Positions 51,678 to 60,940 of a stretch of 64,000 nucleotides of DNA are shown piece by piece (the stretch's first letter is position 1; the number at the start of each line of letters is the position of its first letter). The stretch lies in contig JAEOSU010000051.1 in the NCBI GenBank assembly GCA_016840165.1, forward strand, positions 96,001-160,000, written 5' to 3'. The DNA is from Promethearchaeota archaeon. Lineage in GTDB: Archaea > Asgardarchaeota > Lokiarchaeia > Sigyniarchaeales > SOKP01. Made by a program: the position numbers and the translations under genes. The notes below the pieces were generated by a model. That model did not search any database. It had not been told where the DNA came from and worked only from the letters and a program-made list of their open reading frames with translations.

Positions 51678-52304
51678 ATGGGTTTTCTCAAAGATATGAG
51701 TAAATGGCTTTCTGGGGGAAAAAAGAAAGATACTGTTCGTTCCGCCACCGTAAAATTAAAAGTATTTAACAAGCGATTGATGCGACAAACCAAGAAAATG
51801 GAAATGACTGCGAAACTAGCGAGAGATAAAGCGGTGAATTTACGCAAAAGTGGTGATATGGACGGCTCTGCTTTTCATGCAAGAAACTATCTTCAAGTAA
51901 AGAAACAATCAAGAGCAATAGACCACTTTAGAACCAATTTAGAAGGGATGGTCTTTAAATTGGAGCAAGCTACGGCTGTCAAAGATGTAGCTGATGTTAT
52001 GCATGGCATTGCCGCAAGTCTAAGTGCTTTAAAGAGTCAATTATCTATACCACAGCTTACTGACCTTATGGATAATATCGGAATCGACATGGAAGATTTT
52101 GATCTTACACAAGAAATAACCTCGGATGGAATTAGTGATATACAAATGGATTCTGCAGTCACTGACGATCAAGTTCGAGAAGTCTTAGGAGAGATTGATG
52201 CCGAGATTGGAGCTGAAATTGGAGGGGCCCTTCCCACAGTTGATCCCGATGGGAAAGTCAAAGAACTCGAAGAAGAACTAAATAAATTGAAATCAAGAGA
52301 TTAG
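51678..52304 (+). CDS. ESCRT-III (Snf7 domain; Vps2/24/46-like) protein
   Basis: Basic N-terminal helical hairpin, acidic C-terminal half, MIM1-like end ELEEELNKLKSRD; divergent from vps4. Confidence 0.85.
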   Translation: MGFLKDMSKWLSGGKKKDTVRSATVKLKVFNKRLMRQTKKMEMTAKLARDKAVNLRKSGDMDGSAFHARNYLQVKKQSRAIDHFRTNLEGMVFKLEQATAVKDVADVMHGIAASLSALKSQLSIPQLTDLMDNIGIDMEDFDLTQEITSDGISDIQMDSAVTDDQVREVLGEIDAEIGAEIGGALPTVDPDGKVKELEEELNKLKSRD

Positions 52305-52380
52305 TCTTTTTTTAATAGAGCTCTCTTTTTTATAATATTTTGAAATTAGTTAGTCATTATATGATCTACAAATAATAATA

Positions 52381-52472
52381 AAATAAAGTTGATTTGGTTA
52401 AGTGTGGCTAACTTTTATGGATAAAATATCCTCTTTTTTTCCATCCTATCCATTCCAAATCATTATTTATTT
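52381..52472 (-). promoter_or_regulatory. 3'-UTR stem-loop, candidate SECIS-like element (or terminator)
   Basis: On the minus-strand RNA, AUGGAUAGGAU (52453-52443) pairs with AUUUUAUCCAU (52427-52417) around an A-rich loop, enclosed by UGAUUUGG/CCAAAUCA. Confidence 0.45.
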
Positions 52473-52945
52473 ATCTTTCTTAATTCAGCCAAAATATCCT
52501 CGTTTTTGGGGAGGTCTTTCATACTATCACTGTAATAGGCATATCGAATGATTCCTTGTTTATCGATGATTAATAATCCTGGCATCCTTCCTCCTTTCCA
52601 TATTCTTACTTGTTGTTTCAAAAGTTTCGGTATTTTTTTCGATGGATCATAAAAAATTGGATACTTGCGAGCATATTTTTGTTCCATCTTTTGAGCGTTT
52701 TTTTCATTATCAGCTAAAATGGGATATAAAAAAGCATCCAGTTCTTCAAATTTTTCAAGGTCTCTCCTTAACTCTGCTGCGTGCCATCTACAATATGGTC
52801 AATGAATATCCCTAAATAAAATTAGGATAACATTTTTGCTATTTTCGAACTCTCGGATATTTACTGTATTTCCTCTTGAATTTGGCAATTCAAATTCAGC
52901 GATTTTTGTACCAACTAATTGGAATTTATCTTTAATGATAATCAC
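52463..52945 (-). CDS. AhpC/TSA peroxiredoxin-like probable selenoprotein (UxxC), about 160 aa
   Basis: Frame from GTG 52945 reads ...VGTKIAEFELPNSRGNTVNIREFENSKNVILILFRDIH-TGA(52799-52801)-PYCRWHAAEL... directly into track ORF 52463-52687. Confidence 0.8.
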
Positions 52946-53156
52946 ATTAAAATTGTGTCTTATTAAAAAAAAAGATACTTTTTCCTTTAAATAATTGAGT
53001 TTTATAATCCAAAATTTTTTAATAGCTACATTTTTATAAATAAGTTACCAAATTCTCCTTTCACTAAATCATCTTTTCTCTACATAAAATTATTATATCC
53101 TAAACACTATTCTTAATTTATTTGGAAAATCTTAAAATTATATATTAGTGGTTTAA

Positions 53157-54170
53157 TTGAATCCAGAGTTAATTACTATTGGAAGTTGTACACTCGATTG
53201 TATCATTCAAGTGAAAGATATTCTTCGCTTTGAACTATTTGATAAAGATGTTGTTAAAAAATATACTGCTATCGAATATAGTAGAAAACTGAATGTAGAA
53301 GATATCCGATTTGTTCCCGGTGGTTCAGGGGCAAATATTGCCGCAGATTGTGCTATGTTAGGGATTAAATCAACTTATATAGGGGTTATTGGAAAAGACT
53401 TTTCCGCTGAAATCTGTTTAGAAGATTTAAAAAAGAGAAATGTGGATATTTCACAGATCTACCAGACTGAAGAAGATAATACAGCGTTTTCTGTAATCTT
53501 AAAAACAGAATGGGGAAAAGATAGAAGTATATTGGCATACAAGGGCGCAAATAATTTACTTACACCCGATCATGTTAAAGAAAAACTTTTTAGTAATATT
53601 AAAGCTTTTGCGTGGAGTTCCCTTACTACAGAAAATGGTTGTAAGGCAATCGAAAAAGCGATAAGACTAACTAAAGATAATGGTGGTATGGTATTTGCAG
53701 CTCCTAGTATGTCTATTCTGAAAAATAATCCAAAATGGGCAAAAACTTTGATTACAAACTCCGATGTTGTGTCAATGAATGCAGAAGAAGCAGAAGAGTT
53801 CACTAAAGAACCCGAACGCTACTATGCGGTTAAAAAGATGATTGATCTTGGCCCTAAATTGGTATCAATCACAGATGGCGCTCGTGGTTCATTAGTGACA
53901 GATGGAGAAAAAATAATCAAGAGTGGTATATATAATGTTAATGTAATAGACACAACAGGTGCGGGAGATGCGTTTCTTAGTGGGATACTCCTATCAAAGT
54001 TAAATGGTTATTCATTAGAGAAAATGACACAAATTTCAACAGCAATGTCTTCCTTAGAATCTATGGAGATTGGGGTAAGAGAAGGATTACCAAGTAATCT
54101 TAGTGATATCGAAAAATTCATGTCGAAAAATAATCTTCAACAGAACGTTTCTTCATTGGCGGATTATTAA
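53157..54170 (+). CDS. PfkB/ribokinase-family carbohydrate kinase
   Basis: PGGSGANIA, NAEEA, ITDGARGS, DTTGAGDAF. Confidence 0.9.
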   Translation: MNPELITIGSCTLDCIIQVKDILRFELFDKDVVKKYTAIEYSRKLNVEDIRFVPGGSGANIAADCAMLGIKSTYIGVIGKDFSAEICLEDLKKRNVDISQIYQTEEDNTAFSVILKTEWGKDRSILAYKGANNLLTPDHVKEKLFSNIKAFAWSSLTTENGCKAIEKAIRLTKDNGGMVFAAPSMSILKNNPKWAKTLITNSDVVSMNAEEAEEFTKEPERYYAVKKMIDLGPKLVSITDGARGSLVTDGEKIIKSGIYNVNVIDTTGAGDAFLSGILLSKLNGYSLEKMTQISTAMSSLESMEIGVREGLPSNLSDIEKFMSKNNLQQNVSSLADY

Positions 54171-54189
54171 TAGATAAAATTAAATAAGA

Positions 54190-54291
54190 TGCGCCGCCCG
54201 GGAGTTTCAAATTGTGTCGAAGTTACACAATTTATTGAACCCGGGTCGCCAAGTTGGCAACCTGGCATACTGACCACTATACTAGCAGCGC
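54190..54291 (-). tRNA. tRNA-Gly(GCC) with 30-nt intron at position 59/60 (54204-54233)
   Basis: Acceptor GCGCTGC/GCGGCGC+A; anticodon arm CCAGG-TTGCCAA-CTTGG; T-arm CCGGG-TTCAAT|T-CCCGG interrupted by a BHB intron; CCA not encoded. Confidence 0.93.
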
Positions 54292-54428
54292 AGAATTTAG
54301 TAGAAATATGATATTTAATTCACATTTTTCTATATATCATAATATATTATAAAAAATTAAAATTTATTGATTTCAATTAAGTAATTTTTAATTGAAAATT
54401 TTGGATCTCTTAACTAGAGATAAATATT

Positions 54429-55622
54429 TCATAGATACTCCTTTTTTACTCGTGTGAAAAGGGTAAATATTAGAATAGCGACTCCAATAAACAGAAATAT
54501 GTAAAAAGTGTTTATTGTTCCTATCATCGCTATTATAAAAAACATTATTGCCATAAAAAAGCTTCGAAACATATTTATTGTGCTCAAAACTGTTGCTCGT
54601 TCCTCTGCTTCTATTTGTTTATTGATACCATGAACATAGATCAAATATCGTGGATAACCAAATGCTACAATCATCAATATGAGAAATATCCCAAGGAATG
54701 GATTAGTATTGAGACCCATGATAACAAAAGTGATCCCATTTATTAAATCAATAACGATTAAAAATATTAACTTATTTCTGACTTTTTTAAGTATCCTAGG
54801 GATACTAAAACTAAAAATGGCATTAGTAATGTTCATACCAGCAGAAATAAATCCCCACCATACAAAGGGAATTCCAAGAGCTTGAAGATAAGGCTGATAT
54901 GTCCAAAATAGTAAAAAAATTAAACTATTAATAAACAATCGGTCAATGCACAAAATAGTCAAGATCTTGTTATGCTTTAATTCTATAAATCCTTGTTTGA
55001 TGATTTTTAAATAACTTTTCTTTTCATCTTCTTTTCTCCGAAAAGGAGGTTCTTTAAATGTAAGTGCTACAATTAGACTACCTATGAATATAAATGCCAG
55101 ACATGTCATGGTAAATTGAAGTGAGATATACTCCGCAATAATAGAACCAAGCGGAGCAGATAAAGTCAAAGCAATCAAATTGATTGTTTGATTATTCCCT
55201 AAGACTTTAGAAATCTTGTGTTCAGCTTTATAACTTTTTAGAGAACTATATAAAAATGCCTCGTCTGTTCCAGAGGATAAAGCAATACTTAGAGCCCATA
55301 AAGTTTCTGCTAAATAGAAAAGTAGGATATAAGGATAAATACTATAAGCAAATGCAGCTCCAATTACGCAAAAGGAAGAAAGAATAAGAGCCCTTTTCCT
55401 CCCAACAAAATCTGCTATCGCACCGGAAGGGATTTCAAAGATAAAAATAATAAACATGAAATAACTTTGTAACGCCAGTATTTGGAATAAATCTAAACCC
55501 CCCCACTCAGTCATATAGGCAAAATAAACTCCCCTAACAGTATGAATTCCAAAAATGAATTGGTAGATATAATATTTATAAATGTTTGACTTAAAGCTGG
55601 GAGTTTTATGCTCGTCAGACAT
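54429..55622 (-). CDS. MFS transporter
   Basis: About 12 TM; FEIPSGAIADFVGRKRAL, SGTDEA, ERATVLS. Confidence 0.88.
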   Translation of the reverse strand: MSDEHKTPSFKSNIYKYYIYQFIFGIHTVRGVYFAYMTEWGGLDLFQILALQSYFMFIIFIFEIPSGAIADFVGRKRALILSSFCVIGAAFAYSIYPYILLFYLAETLWALSIALSSGTDEAFLYSSLKSYKAEHKISKVLGNNQTINLIALTLSAPLGSIIAEYISLQFTMTCLAFIFIGSLIVALTFKEPPFRRKEDEKKSYLKIIKQGFIELKHNKILTILCIDRLFINSLIFLLFWTYQPYLQALGIPFVWWGFISAGMNITNAIFSFSIPRILKKVRNKLIFLIVIDLINGITFVIMGLNTNPFLGIFLILMIVAFGYPRYLIYVHGINKQIEAEERATVLSTINMFRSFFMAIMFFIIAMIGTINTFYIFLFIGVAILIFTLFTRVKKEYL

Positions 55623-55782
55623 CGGTGTTCTTTCGAATATTTAATTATATTATACTATTTTCCATAATTTATATAGAAATCTCTTTGAAGTATTACTGAT
55701 TTATTGAAGTAGAAAAATTGGGAGAGTTTGGAGGATTAGTAAAAGATATAATGAAACTTCAATTTATTAAAATTACAAAGTT

Positions 55783-56286
55783 ATGACAAACATTAGAAAA
55801 CTAGTTATTTCTCTTACATTACCGATATTAGTGACTATTATCATACCGTTAGTGATTCTTTTATTATTTGATCGAACTTTTATTACACGATTATATAAAT
55901 TGCATATACTCCAAATTATTTTTGGTATATTTTTTATGATAATTGGACTTATCTTACTAATTTGGTGTATATCTCTCTTTTTCTCATCTGGAAATGGCAC
56001 CTTAATGCCAATTTCAAAATTAGAAACCCAAAAATTAGTGATAAAAGGACCATATAGATATATCCGACATCCTATGATTCTTGGAGTAATTATTATTCTT
56101 TTAGGAGAGTCGGTTTTATTTGGATCTTGGTGGCTATTAGGATTTAGCATATTTTTTTTCATTTTAAACCTTATATACCTTCCGCTGGTCGAAGAAAAAG
56201 GATTAGAAAAAAGGTTTGGTGATGAATATTTACAGTATAAAGCTAAAGTTCATGGTTGGTTGCCAATAAAAAAGTATGAATCATGA
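55783..56286 (+). CDS. isoprenylcysteine carboxyl methyltransferase/PEMT-family membrane protein
   Basis: G.GT..P, LVIKGPYRYIRHPM, EEKGLEKRFGDEY..Y. Confidence 0.85.
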   Translation: MTNIRKLVISLTLPILVTIIIPLVILLLFDRTFITRLYKLHILQIIFGIFFMIIGLILLIWCISLFFSSGNGTLMPISKLETQKLVIKGPYRYIRHPMILGVIIILLGESVLFGSWWLLGFSIFFFILNLIYLPLVEEKGLEKRFGDEYLQYKAKVHGWLPIKKYES

Positions 56287-56345
56287 AGACAAGTGCAAAA
56301 ATTGACCTCCTAAATATTTAATACATTCTCAAAATTGTATCTAAT

Positions 56346-57596
56346 GTGAATATCATGTCCTATTTAAATTTGATTGAATTATTACAAAAAATGGGATTAT
56401 CTCCGAAAGATCTTTCAGGAGAGGTCGCTCTTATCACGGGAGGCGGTCAAGGTATTGGAAAAGAACTATCAAGAGCTTTAGCATGGTTAGGAGCAAAAGT
56501 TGTTATTGCTGAAATTGCTGATACTGGTAAAGATGTTGAAGATTTAATCAAATCAGAAGGTGGAGAAGCAGTTTTCATAAAAACAGATGTATCAAGTGAG
56601 AAGAGTATGAGAGAATTATTTAAAAAAAGCCATCAGATCTATGGTAAAGTAGACATTCTCATCAATAACGCGATTATTTATACTATCGGGTCAATTAAAG
56701 ACCAACCAATTGACAATTGGATAAAAGTGTTAAATGTTAATTTGTTTGGTGCAGTACTTGGTATAAAATTATTTTTACCGGAAATGCTTAATAGGAAGCG
56801 AGGTGTCATAGTAACTATAACCTCAGATGAGGGGACTGCTTATTTGGCTCCCTATTCGGCTTCAAAATCAGCTCTACAATCTTTAGGATATTCTCTGGCT
56901 AGTGAATTAGGAGAAAATAGTGGTATCTCCACTTTCATTTTTGGACCTGGATTAGTTGACACTCCAGGGGGGAAATATGCATTTGAAAAATTAGCCCCTC
57001 TCTATAAAGTTAGTTTTGACGAATTTATAAAACTGGGAAGTGCAGGAGGATTTGATGGGATGATGCCTGTACAATATTGTGCCTCTGGCTTTGCCTATGC
57101 GATTGTTCATGCTCAAGAATATCATGGACAAATTATTGACCCTTTTAGACCTTTGGGTAAATTTGGCCTATTACCTAAAATAAATGACCAGAAAAGTGAA
57201 GAATCTCTTTCCATAACATCAATGTCATCCGCATTAGAAGCTGCAATAGGGTTAAAGAAAGTTTTAAACGCTGTTAAAAAAGAAACTGGAGAATTGAATT
57301 TTTTTGCAAGAAAATGGATGGAAAAAGTCTATGCTAAAAGAACAAGTTTATCCATCCAAGATTGGCTTGATACTATTGATGATGTTATCAAACTTTTTAA
57401 AAATAAAGATTTGGATACATTCTCCACAAAACACGAGTGGTTACTATCGATTTTAAGGAAACTTGAGAAAAACTTTGAACAGACCAAAAATGATGCGAAA
57501 GGTTATATAAAGGACGAAGAAAATTTGAAAGAAGCATTGCAAGTTATTGAATATCGAAGAAAGTCCGTTGAAATCTTGTTAAATGAACTATCTTAG
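56346..57596 (+). CDS. short-chain dehydrogenase/reductase with helical C-terminal extension
   Basis: TGGGQGIG, DILINNA, YSASK, PGLVDT; about 140-aa extra C-terminal domain. Confidence 0.85.
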   Translation: MNIMSYLNLIELLQKMGLSPKDLSGEVALITGGGQGIGKELSRALAWLGAKVVIAEIADTGKDVEDLIKSEGGEAVFIKTDVSSEKSMRELFKKSHQIYGKVDILINNAIIYTIGSIKDQPIDNWIKVLNVNLFGAVLGIKLFLPEMLNRKRGVIVTITSDEGTAYLAPYSASKSALQSLGYSLASELGENSGISTFIFGPGLVDTPGGKYAFEKLAPLYKVSFDEFIKLGSAGGFDGMMPVQYCASGFAYAIVHAQEYHGQIIDPFRPLGKFGLLPKINDQKSEESLSITSMSSALEAAIGLKKVLNAVKKETGELNFFARKWMEKVYAKRTSLSIQDWLDTIDDVIKLFKNKDLDTFSTKHEWLLSILRKLEKNFEQTKNDAKGYIKDEENLKEALQVIEYRRKSVEILLNELS

Positions 57597-57607
57597 ATGG
57601 GTTTTTC

Positions 57608-57631
57608 TTCGTGAAATCCACCTTTCACGAA
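57608..57631. terminator. perfect 9-bp hairpin between convergent genes
   Basis: TTCGTGAAA-TCCACC-TTTCACGAA, followed by a T-rich tract. Confidence 0.5.
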
Positions 57632-57679
57632 TATTACTTTTTCTTTATAATAAAATTAAAATTAAAAAAAAAATGAAAA

Positions 57680-59386
57680 TTATTCTTTTTTTCTTTTGAA
57701 CTTAAAGAGAATAGGTTCTTTCAATCCATAGTGGAGCGCAAAAAAGCCTATACATAATATAAATAGTGAAATTCCAGGCCATAAAGCTGCCCATGGTGAA
57801 TTAACTATGTGTGATCTCGCAAATAAGACACTAGTCCCTAAATGGAAAAATAGTAATGGATCAATAGGACCTAAGAAATATAATGCCTCAATAAACAATA
57901 TTGAAAATCCCATGAACAATGGAATATATGTTATAACTTTCTTTATAAGAGATTTTAAGTCAAATTCGCCTCTCCCAAACAGAATACTAAATCCCGGAAT
58001 TAAGAAGAGCCCCACCAGTGCTACAAACATAAGCGTATCTATTCCAATAATCTCAATCAAGGATATCAATAGGATAATAATCGGTACAGAAAAAATAAGC
58101 GTTAATATTGCTAGAATCACTGCCTTTATTAATCTATGAAGTCGGGATAAAAATCCAAAAATTAACCCTCCTAATATTCCAATCAATACTGGTAGGATTC
58201 CTGTTATTAAAGCAATCTTAGTTCCATATACTATTAATGCTAAAACATCTCGACCCATAAAGCTCTGCCCCAAAGGATGCTCAGGAGAAGGGGGATCGTA
58301 TGCACCAGATATTGGTGTAGAGAGTTGTTCATATGAAAAAGGGGTTAATATCATTGGAAATATTGATATTATTATTGCAAATCCTACAATAACTAAGCCT
58401 ATAACTGTAAGTGGTGATTTTAAGCGTTTGATTAAAAAATCTTTTAAATCTTTACCAAAAGTCCTCTCATTACGATTATCTTCACCCCAATACTCTTCAT
58501 TTAATTCAGTAAAATGTACTAGATCCTTCCATTTTGTATCCTCAATTAAAAAACCATATACTGTGAAGCTTAAGGTAGAAATGAGTACTGGTATCAATAT
58601 AAGAAATAACATTATTGATATGGTTGTTCTGAAAACATAGTAATCTTGATTATAAATTGATGTAAAGAGGATGTTTCCTAAGCCATTAAGATTAAAAACT
58701 GCTTCGAGAACTAAACTGGCTGCAAAAATCAAATTAATATTAAAGCACAACTTTAACACATTTGAAGGGAGATAATGTCTCTCCTTTATATCAACAAAAT
58801 TTGAACGAAATTGTCGTGTCATTAGTAATGTTGTAATTATAAATAAAATTATGCCTGGAAGGACGGGATCCATCGTCGTAGGGAATAGATCTAATATATG
58901 TCCAAGAACTAGCTGGGAAGATAACCCAATATAAAAAATCGGTACTGAAATTCCTAATATTATCAGAATTTGAAAAATAATTTTAACGAATTTATACCTA
59001 ATTTTTACGGAAAGTATTCCAAGAAGCAATCCTACGACAATTCCGAAGATTATTGGCCAGACGGTAAAATCAAGACTCCTTACTATTCTTGGGATCACCA
59101 TTTCATAGACGGACATGCCTTTTACTATAGTATCTGAGAGCCCCCAATCCCAGGATAGCATTTGAAGAATAAATCTTAAAAACTGAAAAATTAGTGGATC
59201 ATTGAACCCTAACATTTGTTTCGCGGCATCATATTGTTCTTGTGTAAATGTTGATGGAAGGTATGCTAAAACGGGATCCGCTGGAAAAATTGTCATAACC
59301 AGGAAAATAACATACAATCCTACAAAAACCATAGCTAAAGGAACGAAAATACTATATACTAAATTTTTAACTATTTTTGGAATCAA
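57680..59386 (-). CDS. fused DppB-DppC (peptide/nickel ABC-type) permease, orphan, with EAA loops missing
   Basis: DppB half: PADP..LG.NDPL..Q...DWGLS, EAVFNLNGLG..DY; DppC half: PPSPEHPLGQSFMGRDV, PWAALWPG. Confidence 0.8.
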   Translation of the reverse strand: MIPKIVKNLVYSIFVPLAMVFVGLYVIFLVMTIFPADPVLAYLPSTFTQEQYDAAKQMLGFNDPLIFQFLRFILQMLSWDWGLSDTIVKGMSVYEMVIPRIVRSLDFTVWPIIFGIVVGLLLGILSVKIRYKFVKIIFQILIILGISVPIFYIGLSSQLVLGHILDLFPTTMDPVLPGIILFIITTLLMTRQFRSNFVDIKERHYLPSNVLKLCFNINLIFAASLVLEAVFNLNGLGNILFTSIYNQDYYVFRTTISIMLFLILIPVLISTLSFTVYGFLIEDTKWKDLVHFTELNEEYWGEDNRNERTFGKDLKDFLIKRLKSPLTVIGLVIVGFAIIISIFPMILTPFSYEQLSTPISGAYDPPSPEHPLGQSFMGRDVLALIVYGTKIALITGILPVLIGILGGLIFGFLSRLHRLIKAVILAILTLIFSVPIIILLISLIEIIGIDTLMFVALVGLFLIPGFSILFGRGEFDLKSLIKKVITYIPLFMGFSILFIEALYFLGPIDPLLFFHLGTSVLFARSHIVNSPWAALWPGISLFILCIGFFALHYGLKEPILFKFKRKKE

Positions 59387-59462
59387 AGTTTTTCGCCAAT
59401 AATTTTATTGTAATAAAATTCATTAATAATTAAGATGTTTCTTTATATAAAGCTTAGGACTT

Positions 59463-60317
59463 TTACAATGTCCCAAGGAAATTTGAGATTTCGGAAGTCT
59501 TTGGAATCTCCACCTTGAAATAGTTCTCTACTATTTCATATAAAAATTCCAAATATGGCATTGAGACTTTAACGTTATGTTTTTTCTCTAATTCTTCTAT
59601 TATTTGGCGAGAAAATACTTTTTTCCCTTTTTCAAGCTTTTGAATTATCTCCACGGTTGAATTAGACAATTCGAAAGTTTTTTTGAGTTCATTCTTTAAA
59701 ATAATTATACTCGAGGTAGGGTCATACTCACTTATAAATCGTTGAGCAATTGCCTTCTCAACATTCAACTTCTTTTTATTAAAAAGCTTGAGTGGATCAC
59801 TTAACACCTCGCTTCCCTTTAAAATTACCCTATCCTTATAATTTTCCTTTTGAAAATGACTTTTTTTCGCAAATTGAATATTGAGTTCATAAGAATCTTT
59901 AGTGATATAACTAAAAAACTCTTTAAATTTCTCAAATAAAAAGTCCTGGTCTGAAATAAATAGAATTTTACTATTATAAATCATTGCATGAAAAATATAG
60001 GCAAGGTTTGTAACAGTTAGGTTCAATTTGATTAAACTTACATCAATTAAATCGGTTAATGATTTATCTACCCCCTCTTCTTCTTTTGATTCAACAACTG
60101 GTAATTCAATCTGAAAGTCGGCGGTATATGTATCACGGACAGTTAAGTTTTTATCCACGTATGCAATAAAAGAATGTGAGCATACAATTCCCTCTGTGAT
60201 ATTAACCGCAAATAGACCTCTGGTACTACTTTTTACTTCCTCTTCTGAAACCTCTATTTTCCCTCTCTTTGAACAAGTTGGGCATCGAATCTCAAGTTTG
60301 ACCATAATCTTCCCCAC
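59463..60317 (-). CDS. hypothetical protein with N-terminal zinc-ribbon-like domain
   Basis: CPTC...CSHSFIAYVDKN followed by a helical domain. Confidence 0.65.
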   Translation of the reverse strand: MGKIMVKLEIRCPTCSKRGKIEVSEEEVKSSTRGLFAVNITEGIVCSHSFIAYVDKNLTVRDTYTADFQIELPVVESKEEEGVDKSLTDLIDVSLIKLNLTVTNLAYIFHAMIYNSKILFISDQDFLFEKFKEFFSYITKDSYELNIQFAKKSHFQKENYKDRVILKGSEVLSDPLKLFNKKKLNVEKAIAQRFISEYDPTSSIIILKNELKKTFELSNSTVEIIQKLEKGKKVFSRQIIEELEKKHNVKVSMPYLEFLYEIVENYFKVEIPKTSEISNFLGTL

Positions 60318-60417
60318 TATCGAACAGCTAATGAACTGTTATGATTTTAAAATTGATATAATATTTAGATTATGATATAACTAACTTAATTCAACTATAT
60401 AAATTTTAATTATAGCT

Positions 60418-60918
60418 TTAATATCTTCTTACTCTTCCATATCGTTTTTCAATTAAATTAGCGATTAGTAAACATATTACTGTTGCGAAAACTTCTCCTA
60501 CTAAAAACGATGTTGCCTTATCTAAAAAAGTAGCGCTAAAGAAGTAAGAGATAAAAAACAATGCCATAAAAATTGAAAACATAATGAGTAATGGTCTTAC
60601 AACAGGAAAATATAAGAATCGTTGGAATTTTGAGGAAATTCCTTGAGACTTTTGAAACCGAGTCTTCAATTTTCGGTTTCTCTCCACCTGGGCATAGGAT
60701 TCAAACACGATCATTGAACCAAACAATAAGCCAATTGTAACTCCCAAAGGAATCAAAGTAACTACGAATAGATTCCCAACATTTAGAAGATATTGAGCAA
60801 TAAATATGAATAATACTTGAAATACTCCACATGCTCCTAAAAGCATCATCGCGAATGGAAAATATTTTTTCGTTGTCCAGCGAACTCGAATTGGCATAAT
60901 TTTATAACTCGTATACAA
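60418..60918 (-). CDS. four-TM membrane protein
   Basis: Four hydrophobic helices; likely start ATG 60897 (MPIRVRW). Confidence 0.7.
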   Translation of the reverse strand: MYTSYKIMPIRVRWTTKKYFPFAMMLLGACGVFQVLFIFIAQYLLNVGNLFVVTLIPLGVTIGLLFGSMIVFESYAQVERNRKLKTRFQKSQGISSKFQRFLYFPVVRPLLIMFSIFMALFFISYFFSATFLDKATSFLVGEVFATVICLLIANLIEKRYGRVRRY

Positions 60919-60940
60919 TTTTATTATTTATTTTATATAA

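Noticed and set aside
52463-52687. 74-aa ORF as a complete gene
   Set aside because: It is the C-terminal half of the UGA-containing peroxiredoxin-like gene
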